A stretch of 64,000 bases of DNA from Candidatus Binatia bacterium (GTDB taxonomy: Bacteria > Desulfobacterota > Binatia > Bin18), in assembly GCA_963664395.2 (NCBI GenBank), contig OY761159.2:3392001-3456000 (forward strand), given 5' to 3'. Of the stretch, positions 38,164 to 48,535 are shown one piece after another. The notes under the pieces were generated by a model, which searched no databases, had not been told where the DNA came from, and was given only the letters and a program-made list of their open reading frames with translations. The position numbers and the translations under genes are program-made. The first letter of the stretch is position 1; the number at the start of each line of letters is the position of its first letter.

Positions 38164-39243
38164 CTAATAGCGCGCCATAACCTGCTCGGAGAAATCCTTG
38201 AACACCGTGCGCGCGGCTGCCATGGGGGGCAGGAGCGTCACTTCTTTCAGGCCGGCCTTTTCGACCGCCCGGAGCTGCTCGATGATTTCCGCCGGCTCAC
38301 CAATCAGACAGGTCGCCTGGATTGCTTCGGGCGTGACAAAGCGGCGCTCTTCGGGCACGAGAAAGGTGCAGTGGCCGTTGTGAAGCTGGAGGTAGCGCTT
38401 GTCCGGCGGCGTCTGCATCTGCTCGACGTGAGCGCAGTATTCATCCCAGATGCCTCTATAGCCGGCGGGGATAACTTCCTCACTGCCGGTTTGTTGATAT
38501 ATTTCGTACACGAAGTGGATAATGGCGGCGACCTGAGAGCCGCACATCTCAATGACCCGATCCGAGGTCAGGGACTCTCCGGGTTGCAGCACAACGGCCG
38601 TTGTAAAAGCCGCGGTATGGAAACTGTCGGGCAATGTCCGCCCCGCCTGTTCCGCCCCTGCTTGGACCTGTTGCCAATCGTTGAGAAAGGCGTCCGGTCC
38701 GGGTTTCACCCCTGCGACCCAGCCGTCCCCAAACTCACCGGTAGTTTTAAGCGCCCGCGGCCCATTGGCAGCGACAATCAGCGGAATCGGATCGTCCAAA
38801 TTCAGGAAGTGCAAGTCCTGATGAAGAAAACGGATCGTGCGCGTTGCGTCGTTGTACGTGTATTCAACTTCTTCCCCTTGGAGGAGGGTTCTGACCACCC
38901 GTAGATACTCTCGGAAGTCTCGAATACGCATCGGCTGCATACCCATGACCCGCATAGCCGTATGGCCGGTGCCAATACCTAAAAAGACTCGGCCGGGTGC
39001 CATGCGATTAATAGAAGCAATGGAGTGGGCGGTGACTGGGGCGATTCTGGTCCCGGGGATGGCAACTCCCGTCCCAATACGGATACGTGACGTGTGCTGG
39101 GCGGCCAGGGCCAAGGTGGCGTAACAGTCCGACCAGATCATCTGCGAGTCTGGGACCCAGGCCCTGTCATAGCCCAGCTCTTCCGCATAGGTGATCATTT
39201 GCCAGTCATCGATTTTCGTGGCTACACACACACCAAACTGCAT
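38164..39243 (-). CDS. LLM-class flavin-dependent oxidoreductase
   Basis: AEELGYDRAWVPDSQ, TSRIRIGTGV, GRVFLGIGTG. Confidence 0.92.
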   Translation of the reverse strand: MQFGVCVATKIDDWQMITYAEELGYDRAWVPDSQMIWSDCYATLALAAQHTSRIRIGTGVAIPGTRIAPVTAHSIASINRMAPGRVFLGIGTGHTAMRVMGMQPMRIRDFREYLRVVRTLLQGEEVEYTYNDATRTIRFLHQDLHFLNLDDPIPLIVAANGPRALKTTGEFGDGWVAGVKPGPDAFLNDWQQVQAGAEQAGRTLPDSFHTAAFTTAVVLQPGESLTSDRVIEMCGSQVAAIIHFVYEIYQQTGSEEVIPAGYRGIWDEYCAHVEQMQTPPDKRYLQLHNGHCTFLVPEERRFVTPEAIQATCLIGEPAEIIEQLRAVEKAGLKEVTLLPPMAAARTVFKDFSEQVMARY

Positions 39244-39261
39244 GGTCTGCCCTCCTCGTGG

Positions 39262-41646
39262 TCAAGCGGCTGCCGCGGTTTTTGCCCGCTCAATCGCCGT
39301 CAGTACCCGCTCCGGGGTGAGCGGAATGCTAGTAACCTGTAAGCCCAATGGAGACAGCGCATCGGCGACTGCATTGGCGATCGCGGCTGGAGGCGCAATG
39401 GCACCGCCTTCACCCATTCCTTTAATTCCCCCCCTGCTGAAAGGCGAGGGCGTTTCAATGTGGCCGATCTCAACACGGGGAATATCCATGGCTGTGGGCA
39501 CGAGATAATCCATCAGCGTGCCGGTTAAGAACTGTCCGTTCTCATCATAGATGGCATGTTCATACATGGCCGTGCCGATACCCTGGGCGACACCGCCCTG
39601 AATTTGTCCGTCAACAATGATGGGGTTAATAATCCTGCCGCAGTCCTCAACAACGATATAGCGCAGCAGGCTGATCTGCCCGGTTTCAACATCCACCTCG
39701 ACCGTTGCCAGGTGAGTCGCATTGGAATGCGTTGCCGGCGGGGGTTCATAATTTGACGTTGCCTCCAGGCCGGGTTCGTCTTCCGGTGCTAAATTGCTTG
39801 ACGCGACTATGGCGTGATAGGCGATCGTCTTAATCGGCATGAGCGTGCTCCCGTCCAGTTTGCGTGTCACCATGCCGTTGGCCAATGCGAGATCATCCGG
39901 CGGAATTTCACTGAGGCGTGAGGCCGTGCGCAAAATCTTTTCGCGGATTTTTGTGGCGGCTCCAATAATCGCGCCACCGCTGGTCACTGCGGTGCGGCTC
40001 CCCCAGGTTCCCCAGCCATACGGCACAATGGTTGTGTCGTTCTGGATAACTCTTACATCCTCAAAGGCCACGCCTAATTCGTCGGCGGCCACTTGGGCAA
40101 GCGTCGTCTGATGGCCTTGTCCATGTGACGACGAGCCGGCCAGGACCGTCACTTTGCCGGCAACATCCATACGGACAGTCGCCGATTCGTAGCCGCCCAG
40201 GGGGAGGCCCATGATATTCCAAAACGAAGAGCCCAGGGCGGTGCCTTCGATGTAACAACCCAGGCCCACACCAAGATAGCGACCGGCTTGCCGGGCGCGT
40301 TCCTGTTCAGCGCGGAAGTCCGCATAGCCCAACATGCCCAGCGCCTTGTGTAAGGATTCCTGGTGACTGCCGCTTTCGATCTCTGCCCCGGTAATGGTGG
40401 TATAGGGGTGCTCGTCCTGGCGGATCATATTCCGCAGGCGGATCTCTACCGGATCAAGACCGAGCTGCTGCGCGCCAAGATTCAGCAGACGCTCCATGAC
40501 CAGGATGGCAATCGGCAGGCCCACGCCGCGGTAAGCGCCCAGTGTGACTTTATTGGTGACTATGGACACCGCTTCGTAGCGATAGGCGGGAATCTTATAC
40601 GGACCGGGCAGGGCGGATGCTGCGTGCCCGGCTTCAAGCGCAGAGCTGAACGGAAAGGCCGAATACGCGCCAACGTCGTTCAGAAAGCGGGCTTTGAGTC
40701 CGAGGATCGTTCCGTCGTTTTTCAGGGCGATCTCGGCCTGAACGATTTGATGCTTGGCGTGCATTGCCGCGACCATATTTTCACGTCTATCCTCAATCCA
40801 CTTGATCGGACAGCCAAAACGACGGGCGAAGAAGGCAATCAGGATTTCCTCGGGAAACACATGCGCCTTGGGTCCAAAGCCGCCGCCCACGTCCGGGGCG
40901 ATGGTGCGGATATGGTGTTCGGGAAAGTCTAAAAAGAGGGCGATATTTGAACGTAACACGTGCGGAATCTGGGTCGAAGACCAAACCGTGAGTGAGTCGG
41001 TGGAGGACTCATAGGCGGCCAGACAGCCGCGCGTTTCCATGGGCAGAGACATGTGGCGGCCCGTTGTAAAACGCTCAGTCACAACACAGTCAGCCGCCTG
41101 AAACGCGGCATCGACCTCGCCCATGCTGGCTTCCAGGGTCTGCATGACGTTGTCGCCCCAGTCTTCATGTGCCAGGGGGGCGTCCGGCTCCAGCGCCTGT
41201 TCCATGTCCCAGAGGACGTCGAGCGGGTCGTACTCTACGTCGACCAGCGCGGCTGCATCCTCGGCCACATAGCGATCTGTGGCAATAACGGCCACAACCA
41301 TCTCACCCACAAACCGGACTTTTCCTCGGGCCAGGACGGGCCAATCGCAGGACTTGTGAGTGGGCGCGGCTATGGGATCAAATTCAACTCGTAGCGGTTT
41401 TATAACGTCGGCGACATCCTCGCCCGTTATCACCGCATGGACGCCGGGGTGGGCTGCCGCCGCATGCGTATCAATGCTGAGGAGACGCGCGTGGGCATAC
41501 GGACTGCGGACAAAGGCGACCGCCAGTGTATCGGGCAGATGGATATCGTCCACATACTGACTTTTGCCCAGGAGCATACGCGGGTCTTCAACCCGCTTGA
41601 CCTCGGCTCCGACCATCTTTCCCGTGCCAGCAAGACTGGTTGCCAT
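39262..41646 (-). CDS. Xanthine dehydrogenase-family molybdopterin-binding large subunit
   Basis: VRSPYAHAR, PDVGGGFGPK, AYRGVG, HGQGHQTT, GQIQGG, KGMGEGG. Confidence 0.93.
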   Translation of the reverse strand: MATSLAGTGKMVGAEVKRVEDPRMLLGKSQYVDDIHLPDTLAVAFVRSPYAHARLLSIDTHAAAAHPGVHAVITGEDVADVIKPLRVEFDPIAAPTHKSCDWPVLARGKVRFVGEMVVAVIATDRYVAEDAAALVDVEYDPLDVLWDMEQALEPDAPLAHEDWGDNVMQTLEASMGEVDAAFQAADCVVTERFTTGRHMSLPMETRGCLAAYESSTDSLTVWSSTQIPHVLRSNIALFLDFPEHHIRTIAPDVGGGFGPKAHVFPEEILIAFFARRFGCPIKWIEDRRENMVAAMHAKHQIVQAEIALKNDGTILGLKARFLNDVGAYSAFPFSSALEAGHAASALPGPYKIPAYRYEAVSIVTNKVTLGAYRGVGLPIAILVMERLLNLGAQQLGLDPVEIRLRNMIRQDEHPYTTITGAEIESGSHQESLHKALGMLGYADFRAEQERARQAGRYLGVGLGCYIEGTALGSSFWNIMGLPLGGYESATVRMDVAGKVTVLAGSSSHGQGHQTTLAQVAADELGVAFEDVRVIQNDTTIVPYGWGTWGSRTAVTSGGAIIGAATKIREKILRTASRLSEIPPDDLALANGMVTRKLDGSTLMPIKTIAYHAIVASSNLAPEDEPGLEATSNYEPPPATHSNATHLATVEVDVETGQISLLRYIVVEDCGRIINPIIVDGQIQGGVAQGIGTAMYEHAIYDENGQFLTGTLMDYLVPTAMDIPRVEIGHIETPSPFSRGGIKGMGEGGAIAPPAAIANAVADALSPLGLQVTSIPLTPERVLTAIERAKTAAAA

Positions 41647-41742
41647 AGTGTGTTCCTTCATCATTCCCCTCTTCCTGTTGGAGAGAGGACCAGGGCGAGG
41701 GGGGAATCTCTACGACGTGAGTCTGGCAGTGTGGTAAAAGGG

Positions 41743-41839
41743 TGTCAAGACTTTTGCTTGACAGTTCACAAGAGAACGGTATACGCCACATTAAAAGGAA
41801 GCTGTCCACATATGACACTGTCTTCACAAGAGAACGGTA
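41743..41839. promoter_or_regulatory. Divergent promoter: back-to-back TTGACA elements plus a 17-bp direct repeat
   Basis: tgtcaag-N7-cttgaca (41743-41763); ttcacaagagaacggta at 41765-41781 and 41823-41839. Confidence 0.6.
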
Positions 41840-42978
41840 CGAAAGGGAGAGGATCGCAGTTCGCGTCTCGTATGACCCGGACTCAAGCGCCTTTGCACCA
41901 AGCCCGACATCTCCCGGGTGACTTTTACACCTCGCACGAGACCTATGAATTAGAAAAGGAACGCATCTTCCAAAAAGATTGGCTCTGCGTCGGCCGAGTG
42001 GAGGAGTTTGAAAAGCCGGGTGACTACCTCACCCTGTGTATTGCGGATGAGCCGATTGTGGTCGTCCGCGATGAAGAGAGCCAACTCAGGGCCTTTTATA
42101 ACGTCTGTCGTCATCGTGGGACTGAGGTGGCGGCTGGTCAGGGCAATACCAAGCGGTTTGCGTGTCCGTATCATGGCTGGACGTATGACCTGTGCGGGCG
42201 GCTCCGAGGCGCGGCCTATACACAAGAGATCGAGAATTTCGACATGCGGCAGTACAGCCTGGTGCCACTTAAGCTTGACACCTGGGGCGGGTTTATTTTT
42301 ATCAATTTCAATCCGGATAGTGAAAGTCTGCTGGAATTCTTAGGCGACTTTCCTGAGATCTTTGGGCCATACCAACCCGAAGATCTACGTTTAGCCATTA
42401 AGTTCGTCATCGAATATGATTGTAACTGGAAAGCCACGGCTGAAAATCTGGTTGATATTTATCATCTGGCAACGCTGCATGCTTCTTCGTTCGGTCCGCA
42501 CCAGCCGCTTGAGTCGTACGAATTTCAGCTCAAACCGTGGGGCTATTGCGGTCGCTTTATAGGTGTGAGTCCTATGACGCCCGATGGCCGGCCCCGCTTT
42601 GATTTTATGCCCTGGCTGTCGGGCGAACATCTTGAGAAGGGCTATTCCAGCCACCTCCAGCCTAACATGGGCTTTTATGCCAGGCAGGATAATATTCACT
42701 ATATTACCGGATGGCCGATTGGCGCAAATCGTAGCATGGCTCTCGTCCATATGCTCTTCCCTAAGCAGTGTTTTAGTCTGCCGGATTTTAAGGAACGCGT
42801 CAAAGTCTATGAGGACTTTTTGCACCTTGCTCTGGAGGAAGACATGAGCATGGTGCAGTCTTTACAACGCGGCTTTCGGTCCCGAGCCTATCAGCCAGGG
42901 CCGATGTCGAAGTACGAGATCGCCGTGCATCATGTGATGAATTATTATCTGGACAAAGTTTTTGGGGAGCAACAATAA
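41812..42978 (+). CDS. Rieske oxygenase alpha subunit, paralogue of 19211-20377
   Basis: NVCRH...CPYHGW; CNWK...DIYHLATLH; shared QPLESYEF and QPGPMS motifs. Confidence 0.92.
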   Translation: MTLSSQENGTKGRGSQFASRMTRTQAPLHQARHLPGDFYTSHETYELEKERIFQKDWLCVGRVEEFEKPGDYLTLCIADEPIVVVRDEESQLRAFYNVCRHRGTEVAAGQGNTKRFACPYHGWTYDLCGRLRGAAYTQEIENFDMRQYSLVPLKLDTWGGFIFINFNPDSESLLEFLGDFPEIFGPYQPEDLRLAIKFVIEYDCNWKATAENLVDIYHLATLHASSFGPHQPLESYEFQLKPWGYCGRFIGVSPMTPDGRPRFDFMPWLSGEHLEKGYSSHLQPNMGFYARQDNIHYITGWPIGANRSMALVHMLFPKQCFSLPDFKERVKVYEDFLHLALEEDMSMVQSLQRGFRSRAYQPGPMSKYEIAVHHVMNYYLDKVFGEQQ

Positions 42979-43004
42979 CTGGCCCGCAGACAAGGAGCAA
43001 TGTC

Positions 43005-44057
43005 ATGGCACTATCAATCAGCCAGACCAATGCGATGGTGAACCTGTTTCGGCAGGAGCTTGAACTGTGCAAAGTAAAGCCAGGGGAGACCATTGCGGTT
43101 TTGTCGGAGGCGGAACAAGCGGTTGAGTATGCGTCGGCGTTTATGATTTCGGCGCGCGAGTTGGGGGTTGATGTGTTCAACGTCAACCTGCCGGCGCGTG
43201 GCGCGGGCGGGTCACAGAACGTGGCCGGCGAGGTGGGCCAAAATGCCCTGGCCGGGAACCGGCCGGCCATTGAGGCCCTCAAAAGCGCGGACCTGATCGT
43301 GGACCTCATCTTTCTGCTGTTTTCAAAAGAGCAACTGGAGATTCAGGCCGCGGACACCCGCATCCTGCTGGTGGTGGAACCCTTTGAGGTCTTGTCGCGT
43401 CTCTTTCCAACCCAAGCACTGCGCGATCGTGTGGAAGCCGCTGAGGCGCGTTTGGCCAAGGCCCAAAACCTGCGCTTTACCAACCCGGCCGGAACGGATG
43501 TGCGCTACGAGCTGGGGCAATTCCCGATTCTGACCGAATACGGTTTTACGGACACCCCCGGTCGCTGGGATCATTGGCCGGGTGGCTTTCTGGCGACCCA
43601 GGGCAGCGAAACCGGGGTCAACGGTACGGTCGTCATGGACCGTGGCGATATTCTGTTTCCGTTTAATAAATACGTCCAGGAGCCGGTCACGTTCACCATT
43701 CGGGACGGCATGATCGTCGATATCCGCGGTGGCTTTGATGCCATGTTGGTGAAGAATTATATGGACGGTTTTCACGATCCCAGGGCGTTTGCCATCTCGC
43801 ACATCGGCTGGGGCCTGAACGATCTCGCGCGCTGGGATTATCTCGCCACCGGCGCGCCCACGGTCGGCATGGACGGACGGGCCTTTTACGGCAACGTCCT
43901 GTTCTCTACCGGTCCCAACATCGAGCTCGGCGGGAGCAACGACACGGCCTGCCATATGGACCTGCCCATGAAAGGCTGTACGCTGTATCTTGATGATGAA
44001 CTCATTGTGCAAGACGGCGACGTGATCCCCACCGAGATGCGGGCCGTAGCCGGATAA
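43005..44057 (+). CDS. nicX: 2,5-dihydroxypyridine 5,6-dioxygenase-like protein
   Basis: TEYG, GRWDHWP, ISHIGWGL, FYGNVLFSTGPN, CHMDLP match NicX motifs. Confidence 0.8.
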   Translation: MALSISQTNAMVNLFRQELELCKVKPGETIAVLSEAEQAVEYASAFMISARELGVDVFNVNLPARGAGGSQNVAGEVGQNALAGNRPAIEALKSADLIVDLIFLLFSKEQLEIQAADTRILLVVEPFEVLSRLFPTQALRDRVEAAEARLAKAQNLRFTNPAGTDVRYELGQFPILTEYGFTDTPGRWDHWPGGFLATQGSETGVNGTVVMDRGDILFPFNKYVQEPVTFTIRDGMIVDIRGGFDAMLVKNYMDGFHDPRAFAISHIGWGLNDLARWDYLATGAPTVGMDGRAFYGNVLFSTGPNIELGGSNDTACHMDLPMKGCTLYLDDELIVQDGDVIPTEMRAVAG

Positions 44058-44083
44058 GAAGGAGCCAGTAAGGAGACAGTTGC

Positions 44084-45262
44084 ATGCAAACCGTAGTTGC
44101 TGACAAACGCTGGGCGGAAAAATACCCGGACATCGGTACCGGCCCGGTTGCGGCCGAGCCGTTGATTTCACAGGAGCATTTTGAACTGGAGCGGGAGAAA
44201 ATTTTTCGGCGCACCTGGCTGAATATCGGACGGGTCGAGGAGATTCCAAACCCCGGCGATTATATTGCCAAAGACCTGACTGTGTGTCGCGCCTCGGTCA
44301 TAATCATTCGAGGCAAAGACGGAGCGGTCCGCGGCTTTCACAATGTGTGCTCGCACCGCGGCAACAAGCTCGTCTGGGACGACAAGGGTACGTGTAAAGG
44401 CACGCTCACCTGCGGCTTTCATGCCTGGTCATATAACACCAAAGGCAAACTGACCTGGGTGCCGGATGAGGAGAACTTTTTCGATCTGCCCAAGTGTGAC
44501 CTGGGCCTGACCCCCATCCACACCGAGGTGTTCGAAGGCTTTATCTTTATTCATCTGGCCGAGCGTCCGCCCGAGAGCCTCCGGGAATATCTGGGCGGGG
44601 TGGCCGACCAGCTTGAGGGCGGTGGCTTTAGCCAACTGGCGCTGACCGGACGCTATAAAGTAGACGAGCACGCCAACTGGAAAATCGCCCTTGACGCCCA
44701 GAACGAGCTGTATCATCTGCCATTTCAGCACCGCCGGACCATTCCCGAGTTCTGCGTGTTGAAAGATGGGAAATATACGCGTCTGCTCGACGTGCGTCTG
44801 TTCAACCATCACAGCGTGTATTCGTCAGAATCGCACGAGGGTCGCGTCGGTCCGGCCACCGAAGGGCTGGCCGCCCAGTTCAGCCTTGCCGAGACCGAAT
44901 ATCGCCTGCCCCGTATCGGCCCCTTTGATTTTTATACGATCTTTCCCAATATGGCGCTGCTGCTCTTTCGCGGCGTCTCGCACGACTTCTATATGACGTA
45001 TAATTTCTGGCCACAGGCGGTCGATCGGACCGATTGGGATATCCGGCTCTATTTTCGTCCGGCTGAAAATGCCGGGCAGCGCGTCGGCCAGGAGTACTTC
45101 AAATGCCTGCTCCGGGATATTCTGCAAGAGGATGCCACCGCCCACGAACAGATTCATATCGGGCTGGCCTCGCGGGCCAAGAAAAAGCTGTATTTTCAGG
45201 ACGAAGAAATGCAGATTCGGTATTTCCACACCGTACTGGAGCGCTTTTACGCCGAGGCATAA
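44084..45262 (+). CDS. Rieske oxygenase alpha subunit (second subfamily)
   Basis: NVCSHRG...CGFHAW; NWK...ELYHLPFQH; QED. Confidence 0.92.
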   Translation: MQTVVADKRWAEKYPDIGTGPVAAEPLISQEHFELEREKIFRRTWLNIGRVEEIPNPGDYIAKDLTVCRASVIIIRGKDGAVRGFHNVCSHRGNKLVWDDKGTCKGTLTCGFHAWSYNTKGKLTWVPDEENFFDLPKCDLGLTPIHTEVFEGFIFIHLAERPPESLREYLGGVADQLEGGGFSQLALTGRYKVDEHANWKIALDAQNELYHLPFQHRRTIPEFCVLKDGKYTRLLDVRLFNHHSVYSSESHEGRVGPATEGLAAQFSLAETEYRLPRIGPFDFYTIFPNMALLLFRGVSHDFYMTYNFWPQAVDRTDWDIRLYFRPAENAGQRVGQEYFKCLLRDILQEDATAHEQIHIGLASRAKKKLYFQDEEMQIRYFHTVLERFYAEA

Positions 45263-45265
45263 ACC

Positions 45266-45595
45266 GTGAGAGCGCATACACTACCCGCTGAGTTTTCTGA
45301 TCTTGAGTCCTTTGTGAGCTGGGCGCTTGCTACCGAACACGCGCGGACTAGCAAGCGACTGGCCAGCAGCATGGAGGAGATCCAGGCCTTCTATGACCGC
45401 ATGTCTGCGCGTGTGGAAGCCGTGACGGCCTATCTGAACGCCTTGCCGCTCGACGCTCTGCCGCCTGAGGCTGAGCGGCTGTTTCAGATGAGTCTGTCGT
45501 TAATGGAAGTAGCCAACGCCGTAGAAATGTTTCAAAACCCGGCCGTGATTAACGGCTTTGATATCAAACGCTTTGTGCCAGTGGAGGATGTATGA
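45266..45595 (+). CDS. Conserved hypothetical protein adjacent to the Rieske gene
   Basis: LPAEFSDLE..WAL..E..R..KR..SSMEEIQAFYD; tightly coupled to neighbours. Confidence 0.75.
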   Translation: MRAHTLPAEFSDLESFVSWALATEHARTSKRLASSMEEIQAFYDRMSARVEAVTAYLNALPLDALPPEAERLFQMSLSLMEVANAVEMFQNPAVINGFDIKRFVPVEDV

Positions 45596-46059
45596 AATCC
45601 GATTGCCCGATTCAGTTTCACGGTATCGATCATGTCGTGCTGCAAGTCACGGATGTCGAAAAAACCCTGCATTTCTACACCACGGTCCTGGGCCTGAGCG
45701 TCGAGCGGGTCATCGAGGATATGGGGTTGTATCAGGTGCGGTGCGGCCGCAATCTGATTGACCTGCGGGTCCTGCCGGAAGGCAGCACGCTGGCGGAAAA
45801 AGACCAGCGCGGGGTCGATCATGTCTGCCTGCATATGCACGGCGATTTTGACGCCATTGTCCAGTATCTGAAGGACAACGCCGTGCCGATTACCTTCGGA
45901 CCCGTCGAGCTGTACGGCGCAACCGGCTATGGCACCTCGGTGTATATCACCGACCCGAACGGCCATACCCTTGAACTGAAGGCGGACTATTCCCAATACC
46001 CGCTCAAGACGACCGTCAAAGGCGCTATGGCCGGGGTGTCACGACCGGCCGCCAACTAG
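45592..46059 (+). CDS. VOC/glyoxalase family protein
   Basis: IDHVVL, DHVCL, SVYITDPNGHTLEL. Confidence 0.9.
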   Translation: MKSDCPIQFHGIDHVVLQVTDVEKTLHFYTTVLGLSVERVIEDMGLYQVRCGRNLIDLRVLPEGSTLAEKDQRGVDHVCLHMHGDFDAIVQYLKDNAVPITFGPVELYGATGYGTSVYITDPNGHTLELKADYSQYPLKTTVKGAMAGVSRPAAN

Positions 46060-46104
46060 AGCCTCGGGCCAGGTTTAGCGCGTTCTCCGAGGAGGGCCGG
46101 CTGC

Positions 46105-47160
46105 ATGTTGCAATCCAATCCTGCTTTGACATCGTTGTTTGCTCAGGAGTTTGCCTGGTGCCAGGTGCAGTCCGGCCAGACGGCGGCGATCCTGACCGAA
46201 CCGGACTCCTCCGCGCAGTATCTGGCGACGAGCCTGGCGAGTCTGAGCGCCTGCGGGGCGCGGCCGTTTCAGCTCATGCTGCCCATTGACCCGACGCAGC
46301 AAAACGACACCGCGGTGAACCGCGGCAATGCCTGCTCCACGCTGCTGCACGGATTTCCCGAGGTGGTTGAGATGCTGAAGCAGGTTGACTTCATCGTTGA
46401 CCTCTCGGTCGAAGGGCTGATCCACTCCGAGGAACGCGGTGAAATTCTCAAACATGGCCCGCGTATGCTGTACATCCGAGAACCCGCGGACGCTCTCGCC
46501 CGTCTGCTGCCCACCGCTGAACGAGCACAGCGCATCGACCGCGCAGTCGAACTCGCCAAAGCCGCAAAAACGATGACGGTGACCTCGCCGGCGGGCACGG
46601 ATTTGCGCGTGGATCTGGCGGGCAGTCTGGTGACGGGCTCGCGCGGGTTTTGTGCCGAGCCGGGCAGCTGGGCCAACTGGGGTCAGGGGCTGATCGCTGT
46701 CTTTCCGGCCTCACTGGATGTGAACGGGCTGGCGGTGCTGGCCCCCGGCGATATTGTTTTCCCCTTTTATAAATACGTCGAAAGTCCAGTGCATTTGTAC
46801 TTCAGCGACGGGTTCGTGACCGGGGTTGAAGGCGGTGGCGTCGATGCGGCCCTGATCCGTGATTACATGGGCCGCTGGGAAGACCAGGCCGCCCGCGGTA
46901 TTTCCCACGTTGGCTGGGGAATGCACGAGAAAGCGTTGTGGCACGCCCTCAGCCTGTACAGCAAGGATGAAGCGATCGGCGTTGATGGCCGCGCGTTTGC
47001 GGGCAACTTCCTCTTGTCCACGGGGCCGAACCCGGCGGCCGGCCGGCATACGTTATGCCATTTTGATATCCCGATGCGCAACTGTAGCGTGTTTCTTGAT
47101 GCGCAACCGATTGTGGAAAACGGCACCATCGTCGAGCCCGCGCTGAGGCCGACCGCCTGA
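46105..47160 (+). CDS. Second NicX-like (M29-fold) dioxygenase paralogue
   Basis: LIHSEE, ISHVGWG, FAGNFLLSTGPN, CHFDIP. Confidence 0.8.
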   Translation: MLQSNPALTSLFAQEFAWCQVQSGQTAAILTEPDSSAQYLATSLASLSACGARPFQLMLPIDPTQQNDTAVNRGNACSTLLHGFPEVVEMLKQVDFIVDLSVEGLIHSEERGEILKHGPRMLYIREPADALARLLPTAERAQRIDRAVELAKAAKTMTVTSPAGTDLRVDLAGSLVTGSRGFCAEPGSWANWGQGLIAVFPASLDVNGLAVLAPGDIVFPFYKYVESPVHLYFSDGFVTGVEGGGVDAALIRDYMGRWEDQAARGISHVGWGMHEKALWHALSLYSKDEAIGVDGRAFAGNFLLSTGPNPAAGRHTLCHFDIPMRNCSVFLDAQPIVENGTIVEPALRPTA

Positions 47161-47190
47161 GAGCGACTGGGCCGACAGGAGGGGAAGAGC

Positions 47191-48231
47191 ATGGACTTCT
47201 CGTTTTTTATCATCAACCAGACGCCCGAAGGTTCTTCCATGAAACAGGTATACGACGAGTGCCTGGAGCAGATCGAATGGGGCGACCGGCTCGGCTACGA
47301 CACCGTCTTTTTAGCCGAGCATGCCTTTTATCACCACGGCAAACCCTCGCCGCACGTGCTGCTGGGCAATATCGCGGCGCGGACCAAACGCATTCGCCTG
47401 GGCACGGCGGTCAGCGTCTTGCCGTGGCACAATCCGCTTGAAGTAGCCCAGGATTACGCCACCGTCGATCTGCTGTCCGACGGACGGCTGGACTTTGGGG
47501 TGGGCCGCGGCTTGTTCAAAGGCGAGTTCGACGGCTACGGCATCCCCTGGGGAGAGGCAGAGGAGCGCTTTAACGAGAGTCTGGATATTATTCTCAAAGC
47601 CTGGACCGGCGAGCCCTTTTCGTATGAGGGCCAGTTTTTCAGCATACCGGAAGTGACGGTGATGCCCAAACCGCTCCAGGAACCGCACCCGCCCTTGTGG
47701 CAGCCCTGCCTGAGTCCATCGACCATGGAAAAAGCCTTGCGGCGGGGGATTACGCCCATTCTGGGAGCCTCACTCACCCCCTTGGCCGATCTCAAGCAGT
47801 TGTTTGGGCGGCTTGACGCCGCCATGAAAAAGACGGGTCGGACCGACCTGCCGCGGGTCGGCCACCCCTTCATCTACGTGAGCGATACGACCAAAAAAGC
47901 GCAGGAAGAAGCCCGCCGGGGCATGCAGTGGTTTCTGGACGACTTTGCCATGATGTTTACCCTGCCCGAGGGAGAGACCTGGCCGGAGACGTATAAGTTC
48001 TTCGAGCCGTGGGCCGAGTATATTCGCTCTTTGAGCTATGACAAAGTGATTGAGGAAGATCTGGTCTGGTTTGGCGATCCCGAAAATATCCGCAACAGAA
48101 TTCGTTGGCTCCGAGACGAGTGTAAAGTCTCACACGTGCTGTTGTTCATGCACTTTGGCGGCCTGGAGCATGAGAAGGTCATGAAGTCGATGGAACTGTT
48201 TGCGACCCAGGTCATGCCTGAGTTTCGATAG
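47191..48231 (+). CDS. LLM-class luciferase-like monooxygenase
   Basis: FLAEH, TKRIRLGTAV, GRLDFGVGRG, SMELFATQVMP. Confidence 0.92.
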   Translation: MDFSFFIINQTPEGSSMKQVYDECLEQIEWGDRLGYDTVFLAEHAFYHHGKPSPHVLLGNIAARTKRIRLGTAVSVLPWHNPLEVAQDYATVDLLSDGRLDFGVGRGLFKGEFDGYGIPWGEAEERFNESLDIILKAWTGEPFSYEGQFFSIPEVTVMPKPLQEPHPPLWQPCLSPSTMEKALRRGITPILGASLTPLADLKQLFGRLDAAMKKTGRTDLPRVGHPFIYVSDTTKKAQEEARRGMQWFLDDFAMMFTLPEGETWPETYKFFEPWAEYIRSLSYDKVIEEDLVWFGDPENIRNRIRWLRDECKVSHVLLFMHFGGLEHEKVMKSMELFATQVMPEFR

Positions 48232-48478
48232 AAAGGGGGAAGGGAGGTATCCCTATAAGAATATCCGTATCGAGTAAGAAAATCATAGATACTTATTCGC
48301 CAACGCACGATAGCGTTCGTCGTCCCGGTCCGCCGGACGAAACTTTCCACCCCACCGCTGTGAAAAAGATGGACCAGGGTTCGAGCTGAGTTCCCTCAGC
48401 GTTACTTCGATCACGCGAGACAATGAGACGCCCTGGGTCGGATGGGAAGAGTATAATCCACTATTTCAGTATACCTAT

Positions 48479-48517
48479 TTGACACCTGTCGTTAGATTAA
48501 GTAATTCTTTGTTACTT
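48479..48517 (+). promoter_or_regulatory. Putative promoter with overlapping palindrome
   Basis: TTGACA at 48479-48484; aagtaa-N7-ttactt at 48499-48517 over the -10 region. Confidence 0.45.
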
Positions 48518-48535
48518 TTTTCTACAAACGAAATT

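Noticed and set aside
39262-41646. Form I aerobic CO dehydrogenase coxL
   Set aside because: Active-site loop is AYRGVG, not AYxCSFR
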